Shown here: positions 24,889 through 37,214 of the stretch, piece by piece
Position numbering within the stretch: position 1 is the first letter of the stretch
Layout: each line of letters opens with the position of its first letter
Assembly: GCF_001194135.2 (NCBI RefSeq)
Contig: NC_068983.1
Span: 39,235,232 to 39,276,676 of the forward strand
DNA: 41,445 nucleotides
Origin: Octopus bimaculoides
Taxonomy: Eukaryota
Direction of reading: 5' to 3'
Program-made: the position numbers and the translations under genes
Notes under the pieces: generated by a model
Seen by the model: only the letters and a program-made list of their open reading frames with translations
The model's database searches: none
What the model was told of the DNA's origin: nothing

Positions 24889-25065
24889 CTATCCATATTT
24901 AGTCACATGTGGACATGATCCAAAAAGTTCAGTTCTTGAATTTAGACATGTGGCGGGGTCTAAGCTGCTTTTCCAGATGAGCCATCTTTCCATATCACAA
25001 AGACAGCACTTTCCACTGCCATTGGTGTAGGGCTTACACTTGGCTAAGATCTTTCAATGGATGTA
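24889..25065 (-). mobile_element. Penelope-like retroelement 3' fragment (C-terminus of the GIY-YIG endonuclease)
   Basis: Minus-strand translation not in the ORF track: YIH*KILAKCKPYTNGSGKCCLCDMERWLIWKSSLDPATCLNSRTELFGSCPHVTKYG*. It matches the recalled PLE C-terminal pattern W.IL....PY......C.LC..E...I.......LN.R.EL...C.H..K; the stop sits at the expected Trp. Confidence 0.8.
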
Positions 25066-25446
25066 TATTAAACAGAATAAGATGAATAAAGTTGTCAAAA
25101 GTGGACATTCTTTTGAAATTAATATTAACAAGAACTGCAAAATGAGAATTCTGTTGTATGGCATAACTTTCCCTACATGTAATGCAAATTACATCAACCA
25201 AAATAGAAATTCCTATTGTGAATGAGTAAGAACACATAAGCAACAGATAATGTAACAAGAATTATGGAGAATCCCATTGAGCAAACATCTAGGAGTTTGT
25301 GGAAGTACTAATTCAAGATTTTCTTATTTTATAAATCCTCATGGGACAATTCAAAAGTTCAGAAACAGAGAAGCATTTTATCAAAAAATTTACTTTGAAA
25401 TTACATACATAAAAACTATTTATACACTGAAAATTTTATCAAAGAA

Positions 25447-25640
25447 GGGAGTTATCCCCTCTACTGGTAACAAAGGAATTCTCTCTTCAACAAAGAGTAG
25501 ATTGATTGTATGATACTTGTGCAGGAAGTAAAATACTGCATCGTTGTGAGACAGAGAACATACAAAGACTAGAGAAGGGAATGATGTAAGTATGCTCTAC
25601 TGGATGTGTTATCTCAGTGTACATGAATGTCTTGTGTGAG
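25447..25640 (+). mobile_element. Degenerate RTE-clade LINE fragment (post-RT region)
   Basis: Translates GELSPLLVTKEFSLQQRVD*LYDTCAGSKILHRCET...IQRLEK, resembling RELLPLL.TKG.SL......LY..CV...MLHGSET...RLE. Confidence 0.6.
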
Positions 25641-25741
25641 GTACATGACAATCAGAGACAAGGAAATATCTAAACAGTAAATCTTGAACATTGACAAAGA
25701 TTGAATTGATTCATTTTTCACAGTAAAGTTTAACTACCCAG

Positions 25742-26524
25742 ACATTTAATCTCATGTTTAAACACTGCTGTGTTTCTTTCAACCTTTTCCTAAAAACCTA
25801 ACGAATTTGACTAGCATGATGTACTGCTGCCGGTTCTCCCTCTCCCTCCCTATTGTATTCTATCTCTCTCTCTCTCTCTCTCTCTCTGAATCACCACTTC
25901 TTCCACCATTTCCTCTTCGACTCACGCGCGAATCCCAAACATATAACCAGCTCGCTTTCCAACTCCACCACCATTTCGTACTGGAATCTCTATGCTAATA
26001 GAACCCACGACGAAGCTCCATTAGCTAATAGAACCCACGACGAAGCTCACCAAGACATGAACAATAGCTAAATCATTCCTATTTTTCATATATTATCCCT
26101 TCTGATGCGCTCCCCATCCACCACCCCACTTCGTTCTCTCTAACTATACATTTATGTCTTGAATTCATGATTATTTATGTATTTTTTCTCTATCTCACGC
26201 GATCTATCGTCTTCGCATCTACTTGCTGAAGTTTTTGCTCCTTAGCCCAAACCTGACTGAAATTTGTCTCTAACTCCCTTTAAAAATTACGATGTTTAAC
26301 TCTCATTTCTGTTACCGATCTAAACATGTAATCTCACGTTTAAACACTGCTGTGTTTCTTTCAACTTTTTCCTAAAAACCTAACAAATTTGACCAGCATG
26401 ATGTACTGCTGCCGGTTCTCCCTCTCCCTCCCTATTGTATTCTATCTCTCTCTCTCTCTCTCTCTGAATCACCACTTCTTCCACCATTTCCTCTTCGACT
26501 CGAGCGCGAATCCCAAACATATAA
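25742..26524. repeat. About 205-bp direct repeats (25742-25946 and 26324-26524) flanking a unique spacer of about 380 bp
   Basis: Near-identical copies differing at a few bases and in (CT)n length. The spacer contains a 25-bp motif repeated with 30-nt period (25994, 26024). Confidence 0.9.
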
Positions 26525-27104
26525 AAAGTAGGATGTGATCCACAGAGGACCGGCTTCATTTTGATGTAAGATACATGTTCCTGTGTTGGTAATTATATCT
26601 GTTCTAAACAATATGGCATTACTTTTTGACTCACCCTCGTATATACGTGTGTGTACCCTTGTCTAGACATCATGGTTGTAAATGAGCATCACCGTCATAC
26701 AAGTGAGATTGTTTGATTCCAGTCTTTTCTGAAAAACATGTCAAGCTATGGGAAAATATTACTTTGGTTGGCCACCAGAAGGGCATCCAACCATAGAGAA
26801 TCTGCCACAAGAAATTGTACCCGACTCATTCAAGCATGGAAAAATGGACACAAAATGATGATGATGATGATGCTATATATATGTATACAAAGATATTTAC
26901 AAAGCAAGAAGTGAAATTCTCCAAGAGGTACCCTGACTCTGTTGTATACTGTGTGTGGTCACCAGGTGTTTTGGGTGAGTCAGAATGTACCCGGATATTT
27001 ACAAAACATGACTGTTCAGCTAGTTTAGAATCTACTTGCTGCTCAGTCTGGTTGGAACACATTTTCATCAGAGAATTGTTTATGAATTATAACTATGTTA
27101 CTAA

Positions 27105-28249
27105 AATAACATTGTGTGTGTGTTAATGTGTGTATCTGCATGTGAGTATGTGTGCTTTGTATGTATTGGTGAGTGTGTGCATATGTACATGTGTGTGAGT
27201 GTAGTGTGTGTGTATATATGTGTGTGTGTGCATATGTGCACATGTGTGTATGTGCATGCGTGATGTGCCTGTGTGTATGTATGTGTGCATATGTGTGTGT
27301 GTGTGCATATGTTTATATGTGTGTGTGTGCATATATATATATGTGTGTGTGTGTGTGCACATGTGTATGTGTGCATATGTGTGTATGTGCATGCTGTGCC
27401 TGTGTGTGTGTCTGTAAGTGTGCATATGTTTATATATATGTGTGTGTGTGTGTGCATATGTGTGTGTATGTGTGTGCATATGTGTAAATGTATGTGTGTG
27501 CATATTTGTGTATGTGCATGCATGCTGTGCCTGTGTGTGTCTGTATGTATGTGTGTGTGTGTGCATATGTGTGTGTGTGTGCATATGTTTATATATGTGT
27601 GTATGTGCATATGTGTATATGTGTGCGCGTGCTGTGCCTCTGTGTGTGTGTGTGTGTATGCATATGTGTATATATGTGTGTGTGTATATCTATATGTGAG
27701 TGAGTCTAGGACATGTACCCTCCCTCCATGGACAATAACCCCGCCCAAGGACAATTACCCCTGTGGACAATAAATGATTTAAAACTGCTTAATATATTGG
27801 AGAGGGGGTAATTAACCAAAGGGGGCAATTGTCCTGATACAATGTATGCATGTCTGTGTATGTGTATGTGTGTTTGAGTACATATCAGTGAGTGCATATG
27901 TACATGTGTGTGAGCATAGTGTGTGCATGTGTATATGTTTATGTGTGTGTATTCTGTGTCTGTGTGCATCTGTGTAATATGTGTATGAGTGTGTTTGTGT
28001 AAGTAACTTTGTATGTTTGTGCATATGTGTATGTGTGTGTGTGTGCNNNNNNNNNNNNNAGTGTGTGCATGTGTATATGTTTATGTGTGTGTATTCTGTG
28101 TCTGTGTGCATCTGTGTAATATGTGTATGAGTGTGTTTGTGTAAGTAACTTTGTATGTTTGTGCATATGTGTATGTGTGTGTGTGTGCATGTGTAAATGT
28201 GCACTTTTGTTCATATCTCTGTGTGTGTGCGTGTGCATGTGTGTGTGTG
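27105..28249. repeat. Long heterogeneous (TG/TA/CATATG) compound microsatellite. Similar tracts at 29490-29700 and 31700-32075
   Basis: Directly visible; source of the spurious VC/HT-rich ORFs. Confidence 0.95.
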
Positions 28250-28859
28250 CAGTGCAGGATTAATCATGAAACAAAATAAGCACATGCTTTGGGCATCAAT
28301 GGAAGGAGGGGGTGCACCACAGAAATGGTAAATGGTTTATGGCACAAAAGAAATCACTTTATACTTGCTAAAATAATATGCAGGATGCTTTATTTCTACA
28401 AAGTATTGAAGCAGATGTGTTACATATGATTAATCTTGAGGATCTGATCAAAGACTTTGCAATTAAAAAAAGTAAGACGAAGCTTTTCAAATCTAAATAA
28501 AATGGAAGTATACAAAATAAACATTATTTTCCATTTTACTGTTAGTTTTGTTTCATTTTGAAAAATAAATATTTATTTTATGGTTTATCACGGATTATAT
28601 TTTGAATTACATACCATGTTTTAACGTGTATAAGGAGCCCTTTTTTGTCAAAAATTAGGTTAAAAAAATATGGGAGTTTCTTATACACGGATAGTATTAT
28701 AATCCCTTACAAAACTGTTTTTCCAAATTTTAAGCCCTAAAAATTAGGGAAGTTTCTTATACACGAGTGTTCCTTATATACGTTAGAATATAGTATGTAT
28801 TTGGGGGCACCAAAATCTTTTAAGTGCTTAGGGCCTCTATGGATCTTAATCCAGTCCTG
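28250..28859 (+). mobile_element. Internally deleted hAT transposon retaining the end of the dimerization domain
   Basis: TIRs cagtgcaggattaa / ttaatccagtcctg (11/14 match). 28381-28500 translates QDALFLQSIEADVLHMINLEDLIKDFAIKKSKTKLFKSK*, resembling the hAT C-terminal pattern L.IE.D.L..I...D.I.DFA.KK.R. Confidence 0.7.
28612..28795. mobile_element. TA-flanked Tc1/mariner (pogo-like) MITE nested in the hAT element
   Basis: taccatgttttaacgtgtataag / cttatatacgttagaatatagta form an inverted repeat (19/23, all transitions) with TA at both ends; internal g.gagtttcttatacacg occurs twice. Confidence 0.8.
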
Positions 28860-28893
28860 TATGTGCATGTGTGTATGTATGTGTGAATGTGTT

Positions 28894-28927
<34 letters not shown>

Positions 28928-29884
28928 ATGCTTTGGCCTTGACCTTGAATAATAACTTGAAATCAATTCCTAACATCCTTCCATAATGGAATTGTGTGTG
29001 GGTAGAAGGTGTGGTCATAGACATTAAATGGTTGTCATTGATATTTCCTTCACTTTTTTTATTCTACACTGTGTGTGTGTGTGTGTGTGTGTGTGGTGGG
29101 GACAAGAGATTTGCCATTACTAGAAATCTTATGATAGACTTTTCATATTCTTTTCATTTATGTAATATAATATTTCAGATTTTTCGCTTGCAAAAACTCT
29201 CCAAAATCTTGTGAAACCTGTCAATCACATTGCTGAAATGTTTTGACAAGGAGCATTGAAATATAAACCTATTTGCCTTGTATCTCATCCAAAGCATTTC
29301 TGGGTCCTGGAACCCTTAAAATAGATAAATCTTTTGGTTTTTCAGGCTTGGTTGTGTAGTAAGAAGTTTGCATCACAACCACTTGGTTCAGGGTTCAGTC
29401 CCACCTTAAGCAAATGTTTACTGCTATATTCTCAAGCCCCCCCCCCCCAAGCCTTGTGAGTGGATTTGGAAGACAGAAACTGGAAGAAGCCCATTGTGTG
29501 TGCGTCTGTGTTTGTGTTTGTGNNNNNNNNNNGAAGAAGCCCATTGTGTGTGCGTCTGTGTTTGTGTTTGTTTGTGTTTGTGTGTGTGTGTGTGTGTGTG
29601 TTTGTGTTTGTGTGTGTGTGTGTGTGCATGTGTCTGTCTGTGTTTGTGTTTGTGTGTTTGTGTTTGTGGTGTGTGTTTGTGTGTATGTGTCTGTGTGTCT
29701 GGCTAAAACCACCTCTGGCTCTGTAGTACAAATGTCTCGTTTTCATAAGTTTTGAATTAAAATCTTCCGCAAAACCTTAGTCACAATTTTATGTTCCTAA
29801 CACTAGCTGAATGCTAACTAAGTTATTTTACTAAGTTCTTTGTTATATTTAAAATTAATTGAAAGAAACACAGAGCATCTAATA

Positions 29885-30318
29885 TTCTTTTCTACTCTTG
29901 GCACAAGGCCCAAAATTTTGGGGGCAGGGGCGATCCACTTAGATTGACCCCAATATGCAACTAGTACTTAATTTGTCAACCCCAAAAGGATGAAAGGCAA
30001 AGTCGACCTTGGTGGAATTTGAACTCAGAACATAAAGCCAGACAAAATACCATTAAGCATTTCGTCTGGCGTGCTAATGTTTCTTATTTCTTTACTGCTC
30101 ACAAGGGGCTAAGCATAGAGGGGACAAACAAGGACAGACAAAGGGATTAAGTCGATTATATCGACCCCAGTGCATAACTGGTACTTAATTCATCGACCCC
30201 GAAAGGATGAAAGGCAAAGTTGACCTTGGCAGAATTTGAACTCAGAACGTAGCGGCAGACAAAATACTGCTAAGCATTTTGCCCAGCGTGCTAACGTTTC
30301 TGCCAGCTCATCACCTTA
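29885..30318 (-). mobile_element. Two family-A SINEs, nested or in tandem. Another copy with 10-bp TSD ttacagtttc at 34960-35193(-); further copies at 38225-38440(+) and 39103-39228(+)
   Basis: Shared core and head sequences; junction at ...gtttc|ttatttc (30083/30084). Confidence 0.85.
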
Positions 30319-32491
30319 TGCTAAGAGTATTACCAGGGAATTTTGGGAAGCATGGAATTTTTGAAGGCTGCAGTGTCCTGACAGCTGACGACTGATGCAG
30401 GTAGTTTATTCAGTGCTTTGATAATTCTGAGCATGAAAACATGTGGAGGTGCATGGCTTAGTGGTTATGGTGTTAGACTCATGATCATAAGATTGTGGTT
30501 TTGATTCCTAAAACCAGGCAACGCGTTGTGTCCTTGAACAAGACACTTCATTTCACATTGCTCCCATCCACCGAGCTGGCAAGAATAAGTATTCTTGCAA
30601 TGGGCTGGCTTCCCATCTGGTGGGAGAAAGATATATGTCAGAAAAAACCAGGCAACCAACTCTATGAGTCTATATGACTGGGTAAGGAATTCTGTATGAA
30701 AATGTGTACCAAGTTCTTAATGCCCTCAGCTATTAAATCCTAGATGGTTCATGGATGAGAGAGTTAGAAAGTTGTCTGCATCTGATTGTGACTAAAATAA
30801 GTAGCTATTAAAGAAATTAGCCACTTTAAACAATTAGCAAAAGCACAGTATATGCTTCTAGGTCATATTCTCATGTGAGCGACAGCTATGGTTACCAATG
30901 TAAGAAGATCTACAAAACAGCATGATTTAATCAGTCGTGATCAGGTGACAGAAAACAAAGGTAACGCCATCATTTCCGTAACTTGTCATCTTAATGGAAA
31001 TCATTAGAGCTTCAGGTCTTTGGAATCTCAGATATCTGTGAAAAAGTAATTTAAAACTTGTAAATTGAATACTATTAGACATAGTTGCTTTTACTACTTT
31101 CAGAAAATACCAATTCCTTCAGTGTTGAAAGTTAGTTGGATACTAACCAAACACAGAATCAATGAAAATTTTATCATCACAGTTTTCTTCTTTTAGGAAT
31201 TATTTCATTCCTCTATTCTTCTAATTGTTTTTTTTTTTCCAGACTCAATATCTGGCTTAATTCCATGATTTATGATTTATGATTTATTATAATTTTATTT
31301 GTTGTGGTAGTTGTTTTAACCCAAGGTCATTCCTGATCCAGTTGACCTGTGATTAACCATTTTCCTCTTGAGCTACAATGCTGCCACCACCACCGTCTCC
31401 TCCTCCTCCTCCTCCTCCTCCTCCTTATCACTATCTTGATGATGATGACAACAATGATGATGAAGATGATCATGTTGATGTTGATGATGACAATGACGAC
31501 GGGTATGACGGTGATAATGATGATGACGGTGATGATGATGATGATGGTGATGATGATGTTGACGGTGGTGATGATGAAGAAAGCCTTGCATGGTTGTAGT
31601 TCCGCCCTCACAGCATGGCACCTCGGGCTGCCTTCAGCCAACAAAAATACTTTGTGGCTGAAATTAGCAGGCAAAAACTGCATGGAAGCCTATGGTCAGG
31701 CATGTGTGTGTGTGTGTGTGTGAGCATGTATATCTGTGTGTGTGTGTGTGTGTTTGAGTGAGTGTGTGTGGATGTGTGTGTGTGTGAGCATGTATATCAC
31801 TATGTGTGTGTGTGTGCATGTCTACATGTGTGTGTGTGTGTGTGTGTAAGCATATATGTCCCTGTGTGTGTGTATGTGTGCATGTATGTCCCTTTGTGTA
31901 TTTGTGTGCCTCTGTGTGTTTGTGTGCATGTCTGCACATGTGTATGCACATGTGTGTGTATGTGTGTATGTATGTCCCTCTGTGTGTGTGTGTGCACGTG
32001 CGAGTGTGTATGTGTATGTGCATGCGTGTGTGCTTGTGTGTCTGTGTGCATAACACGTGTGTATGTGTGTGACAGTTGTTTGAAGCTTGTTGCTTGAAAT
32101 TGTCTGAGCAATAAAAACAAAAATTAGTTGTCATGGTTTCATTCCCAATGAACAATTACATCACTTTGTGCTCTAGATTAGGCTGCTATGTTTAGCAGGT
32201 CGAGCAACCCTATAGAGACGTCTCTGTTTGGTTTGTCTACCTTACTTTATATGTCTCTATAATGATGTTTATAGAGATTCTTCAGTCTATCGAATGCATG
32301 GATATTCTGCTATCATCACATTCTTCATTTGTCTCGTATCAAAGAAACATTAGAAGCTGGCCTTAGGCAAGACACTTAGCTCTGTTTTCTTCTGTAATAC
32401 AGAACAGAGATAGGAAGTGGTTAGTTAAATATTTCTAAGAATTTGTACCCAGTCTCTGAATAAATCCTCCTCCTCCTCCTCCTCCTCCTCC

Positions 32492-32527
<36 letters not shown>

Positions 32528-32949
32528 CCACCANNNNNNNNNNNNNNNNNNNNNNNNNNNNNNNNNNNNNNNNNNNNNNNNNNNNNNNNNNNNNNNNNNN
32601 NNNNNNNNNNNNNNNNNNNNNNNNNNNNNNNNNNNNNNNNNNNNNNNNNNNNNNNNNNNNNNNNNNNNNNNNNNNNNNNNNNNNNNNNNNNNNNNNNNNN
32701 NNNNNNNNNNNNNNNNNNNNNNNNNNNNNNNNNNNNNNNNNNNNNNNNNNNNNNNNNNNNNNNNNNNNNNNNNNNNNNNNNNNNNNNNNNNNNNNNNNNN
32801 NNNNNNNNNNNNNNNNNNNNNNNNNNNNNNCAATAAAAAGAAAGTTAGGTGCTTCACACACCTTATATACAAAAAATTCCAACAAAATGTGGGCAATAAA
32901 AGGTCAAAAAGAGGTTTACCTCTGCAGCCGATGTGACAGCACGTCCGTC

Positions 32950-33007
<58 letters not shown>

Positions 33008-33146
33008 ACTAAAGTGAGCTAATAGAAATAATTCATACATACACACACACACACACACACATACATACATACATACATACATACATGCATACATACATAC
33101 ATGCATACATACATACATGCATACATACATACATGCATACATATGT

Positions 33147-34190
33147 ATGTTATCATGGTATTATCTACCAGTGAGACATGATGTTCTAGCGAGGACACTG
33201 TACAAAGAGATCCATTGGAAGGATAATCCCGAGAACAAAGAAATAAGAATATGGTAGGAGCCACAGCCACTCATAATAAAAAGGAATAATGGTGGAATGT
33301 CCCAGTGCAGACCTCAATAAAACGTAAGCACAACAGACCTGATATAATGATTTGGGATAGAGAAAAGAAACTGTGCACAGTTGTGGAAATCAGCAGACCA
33401 GTGGATGTTAACATAAAGTTGAAAGTCAGTGAAAAAGAGAACACATATGCTGAACTATTGAGAAATCTGCAGTTACTCTATCCAGATTACAAGTTCAGAT
33501 TTATACCTGTGACTACTGGGGCCCTGAGATATGTAACACACTGCCTAAATGCCAATCTAGAGAAATTAGGCTTCTTAAAAGCAGAAAGGAGAAAGCTAAT
33601 TTGAAGACCACAGATCCAATCCATCACTGGAACTGTAAAAATCTGTAAAACTTTCCAGAAGTTTATTATTTAAATATATATGAGCATGTTTAGATATGCA
33701 ACTATACGCATGAGAATATTTAGATAAAACATACAAATCTGCACATACATACATACATACATACAAAAATACCCTGTTGTTGATGTTGAAATTCCAATGA
33801 ATGAACCTTGGATCTAGGTTAGAAACCTGTTCTTTCTCTTTTGGCAAGAAATCTTAAAATAAACTGAATAACGACATACATACATAAATACATATATACA
33901 TACATACAAAAATATTCTGCTGCTGATGTTGAAATTCCAATGAGGGAGCCTAGGATCTAGGTTAAAAACCGGTTCTTTCTCTATTGGCACGAAATCTTGA
34001 AATAAACTGAATAATGACATACATACATACATGCATACATACATACATGCATACATACATACATGCATACATACATACAAAAATACCTTGTTGTTTGTGT
34101 TGAAATTCCAATGAAGGAGCCTTGGATCTAGGTTAGAAACCAGTTGTTTCTCTATTGGCAAGAAATCTTGAAATAAAAGTGAATAATTAC
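33147..34190 (+). mobile_element. 5'-truncated RLE-type (R4/NeSL-like) non-LTR retrotransposon with triplicated 3' UTR
   Basis: YYLPVRHDVLARTLY...WWNVPVQTSIKRKHNRPDIMIWDREKKLCTVVEISRPVDVNIKLKVSEKENTY...FIPVTTGAL...GTVKICKTFQKFII* (PD-(D/E)xK endonuclease, with stops and a frameshift). Three copies of a 3' unit start near 33763, 33905 and 34076, separated by (TACA)n. Confidence 0.9.
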
Positions 34191-34202
34191 ATGCGTACAA
34201 AA

Positions 34203-34815
34203 TGTAGATTATGTCATAGTTCTGCAGAAGACTTCAGAGATATGTGATTAGCAGCTGCCCAAGAATGTCATGTTTCTACTTTCCTTTGTGACATGAGATA
34301 GTCCCCAAAACAATATACAGTGCCATTCGGAAAAAAGACTGTCCTGGAATAAATATAGAGAATCTCCCTGTTATTGAATACGTACACAAATACCAGCACA
34401 AAGAATACTGGTGGAACATTCCTATCAAGACATCTATGAAATGTAAGCATAACAGGCCAGATATTGTTGTTTGGGATAGATAAGGGAAATATGTACTGTC
34501 AATGATGATGATGATGATGATAGAGGTCAGCTGTCTTACTGATGTAAATATCTCTTTGAAAATCAAAGGGAAAGAAGATAACAATGGACAACTGCTTTGA
34601 AACCTCCAGCTTCAATATCCAGATTATAAATTCACATTGATACCAATAATAAATAATAGGGGCATTTGGTTTTGTGTGTAAATACCAAAATGACAATCTG
34701 GATATGTTTGGGCTTTCAGAAAAGGAAATCAACCAACTAACTTGCACATTATAAATGAAGTCTGTAAGTGGAACAGTAAAAATCTGCAAGACTTTTCTCA
34801 AGTTTAAAATGCGAC
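34203..34815 (+). mobile_element. Second, more diverged RLE-LINE 3' fragment (CCHC knuckle plus endonuclease)
   Basis: CRLCHSSAED..VISSCP...KEYWWNIPIKTSMKCKHNRPDIVVWDR...IEVSC..DVNISLKI...GTVKICKTFLKF, with stops, frameshifts and an inserted (GAT)n. Confidence 0.85.
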
Positions 34816-37181
34816 TTTGTTTTTGTTATCTCCATTCTAATGATGGAGCTTTGTGTTTTTGTTAAAAACTAGTTCCTTCTTCAGGGGAAGAATTCAAATG
34901 ATCAAAAGCAGAAGGGAACATTCGCACACACACACATACACATGATTCTTTACAGTTTCTTATTTCTTTATTGCCCACAAGGGGCTAAACATAGAGGAGA
35001 CAAACAAGGACAGACAAAGGGGTTAAGTCAATTACATCGACCCCAGCACATAACTGGTACTTAATTTATCAACCCCGAAAGGATGAAAGGCAAAAATCAA
35101 CCTCAGCGGAATTTGAACTCAGAATGTAACGGCAGACAGAATACCACTAAGCATTTCGCCTGGCATGCTAATGTTTCTGCCAGCTCATTGTCGTTACAGT
35201 TTCTGCCTACCAAATCCACTCACAAGGCTTTGGTTGGTCTGGAGCTATAGAAGAAGGCATTTACCCAAGGTGCTGATACCCCATCGTTGGGAAACAAACT
35301 TCTTAACTGCGTACCCATGCCTATGTAATTATTAAAAATTATTAACATCCCCAAGCCCAGCATACAAACCCCTTAAAACTAACCCCAAAACCTGAACAAC
35401 CAGTTATGTTTTACAATGGACCCATACTTTTACTAAACTCTAGATTTGTAACTTGAAAACAAACCAAAACAAAAAAAAAAAACTTGAAGGAAGACTGCAG
35501 ATTTAGTACAGCTTATTTGCTTACAACAATATCGACTTAGTGTGTCTGCTAGTATAAAATTATTTATTTCTATTCCTAGCATGATTAGCACTATTTGCCA
35601 TTCTTTCCTCTATTCTTACTCGTCTTTGGTGGATTGATTTTGCTTCAGTTTATCACTCTAACAATCTGATTGTATGAGGTGATCTTTCTCTAATCTATTT
35701 TCTGCTTCACTAGCTTTGTTGCCATACATTTTCAAATACATCTATCATTTAGACAAATTTCCTAATGAGAATTGTACTTCAATCTCTTCTGACTGTTCTC
35801 ATATTATGAGAAGATCCCAGAAGGATACCTAAAAACAAGCCTCTCTCTCTCCCTCCTTCATCTATCTTCTCTCTCTCTCTTTCTTGTTATGAGTGTTTCC
35901 AATCGAATATTGCTTTAGTACTTTTGACTGACTGGAAACCGTTTGAAGTAAAATAGCGTGAACATTGAAGAACATTCAAATATCTTTTGCTGTAACATTT
36001 GTAATCTGTGTGCGTTTGAGATTGTTAGAAGCCAGCATTACATATATTGACATGTGAAATTTGCATTCTATTTCATTGCAGCAGATATAATTTTACAACT
36101 TGTGTAAAAGCCTTGAATAACAACGAATCAATACAAAACAGTAAATTTAGTGTTAATTTCTACCTTTCAAAATATTCCGATATAAAACAGTGATTGTAGT
36201 TGTGGAGTGGTGTCAAGTTCTTTATCTTCAGATTACGGGTTCTCCTTCCTCGCACAGCTGCCACCAATTCATTGACAACCCACCCAACCACACATCATCT
36301 CTCTCTCTTTCTCTCATCCTTCTCCTGTCTACTGTATCATTATAATGGTTCTGCTGCTCTTCACCCATCCAAGCATCATTGAACTCCTTAGCCACTCCTT
36401 CTCCATCATTNNNNNNNNNNCCCCCCCCGCTGCTCAACACTGACTCTTACTTCACTATATTTAGGCATAAGCAAGACTGTATGATAAGAAGTTTGCTTCT
36501 CGGCCACATGGTTCCAGGTTCAGTACCACAGCATGGCACCTTGGGCAAGGGTAACTATCATCTACTAAAGCCTGGGGCTGAGCACACCTTATGAATGTAA
36601 TTAGTTGATGGAAACTGAAAGAAGCCCATTGTATCGAAATCGAACCAAATTCGATGACTGGCACCCATGCCAACTTTCCTTCATTGGACATTAAACTCTG
36701 CTTGCAAAGACCTGTTAGAGCAAGTGAAATCGAAATTGAACCAAATTCTGTGACTGGTACCCGTGCCAGTGCAGCGCTAACAGCACCATCCGAGTGGGAT
36801 CATTGCCAGAGCAGCTGTCTGGCTCCCGTACTGGTGACATATAAAATGCACCATTTGAGCGTAATTGTTATCAGCGTCGACTTACAGGCACATGAACAAA
36901 ACATTCGAGCGAGGTCGTTGCCAGTGCTGCGGACTGACTCCTGTGTAGGTGGCATGTAAAAAACACCATTTGAGCATGGCCATTGCCAGTACCGCCTGAC
37001 TGGCCCTCGTGCCGGTGGCACGTAAAAGCACCCACTACACTCTCGAAGTGGTTGGCATTAGGAAGGGCATCCAGCTGTAGAAACTCTGCCAGATCAGATT
37101 GGAGCCTGATGCAGCAATCTGGTTTGCCAGTCCTCAGTCAAATCGTCCAACCCATGCTAGCAAGGAAAGCGGACGTTAAAC

Positions 37182-37214
<33 letters not shown>

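Noticed and set aside
27890-28190. About 150-bp direct duplication either side of a short N run (also 29483-29560)
   Set aside because: Duplicates abut tiny gaps, the typical signature of unmerged contig overlaps.
27101-28238. Long His/Thr- and Val/Cys-rich ORFs (also 29395-29755, 31664-32155, 12474-12863, 20247-20511)
   Set aside because: Translations of CA/TG/TA microsatellites.
30870-31040. Candidate minus-strand exons for the putative 40.7-kb gene (acceptor-like sites near 31035, 35830, 25135)
   Set aside because: Acceptor-like motifs are common here; frames are closed or give unrecognisable peptides, and no consistent phase chain could be built.
31327-31723. Poly-Pro/Asp-rich and poly-His ORFs (also 38062-38312)
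   Set aside because: (CCT)n and (GAT/GAC)n compound microsatellites with no splice or start support.
33937-33987. Hammerhead-like half (GAAAC-CG-GTT after a hairpin) in the RLE 3' UTR units
   Set aside because: No CUGANGA core upstream; the 5' segment pairs as an ordinary stem.
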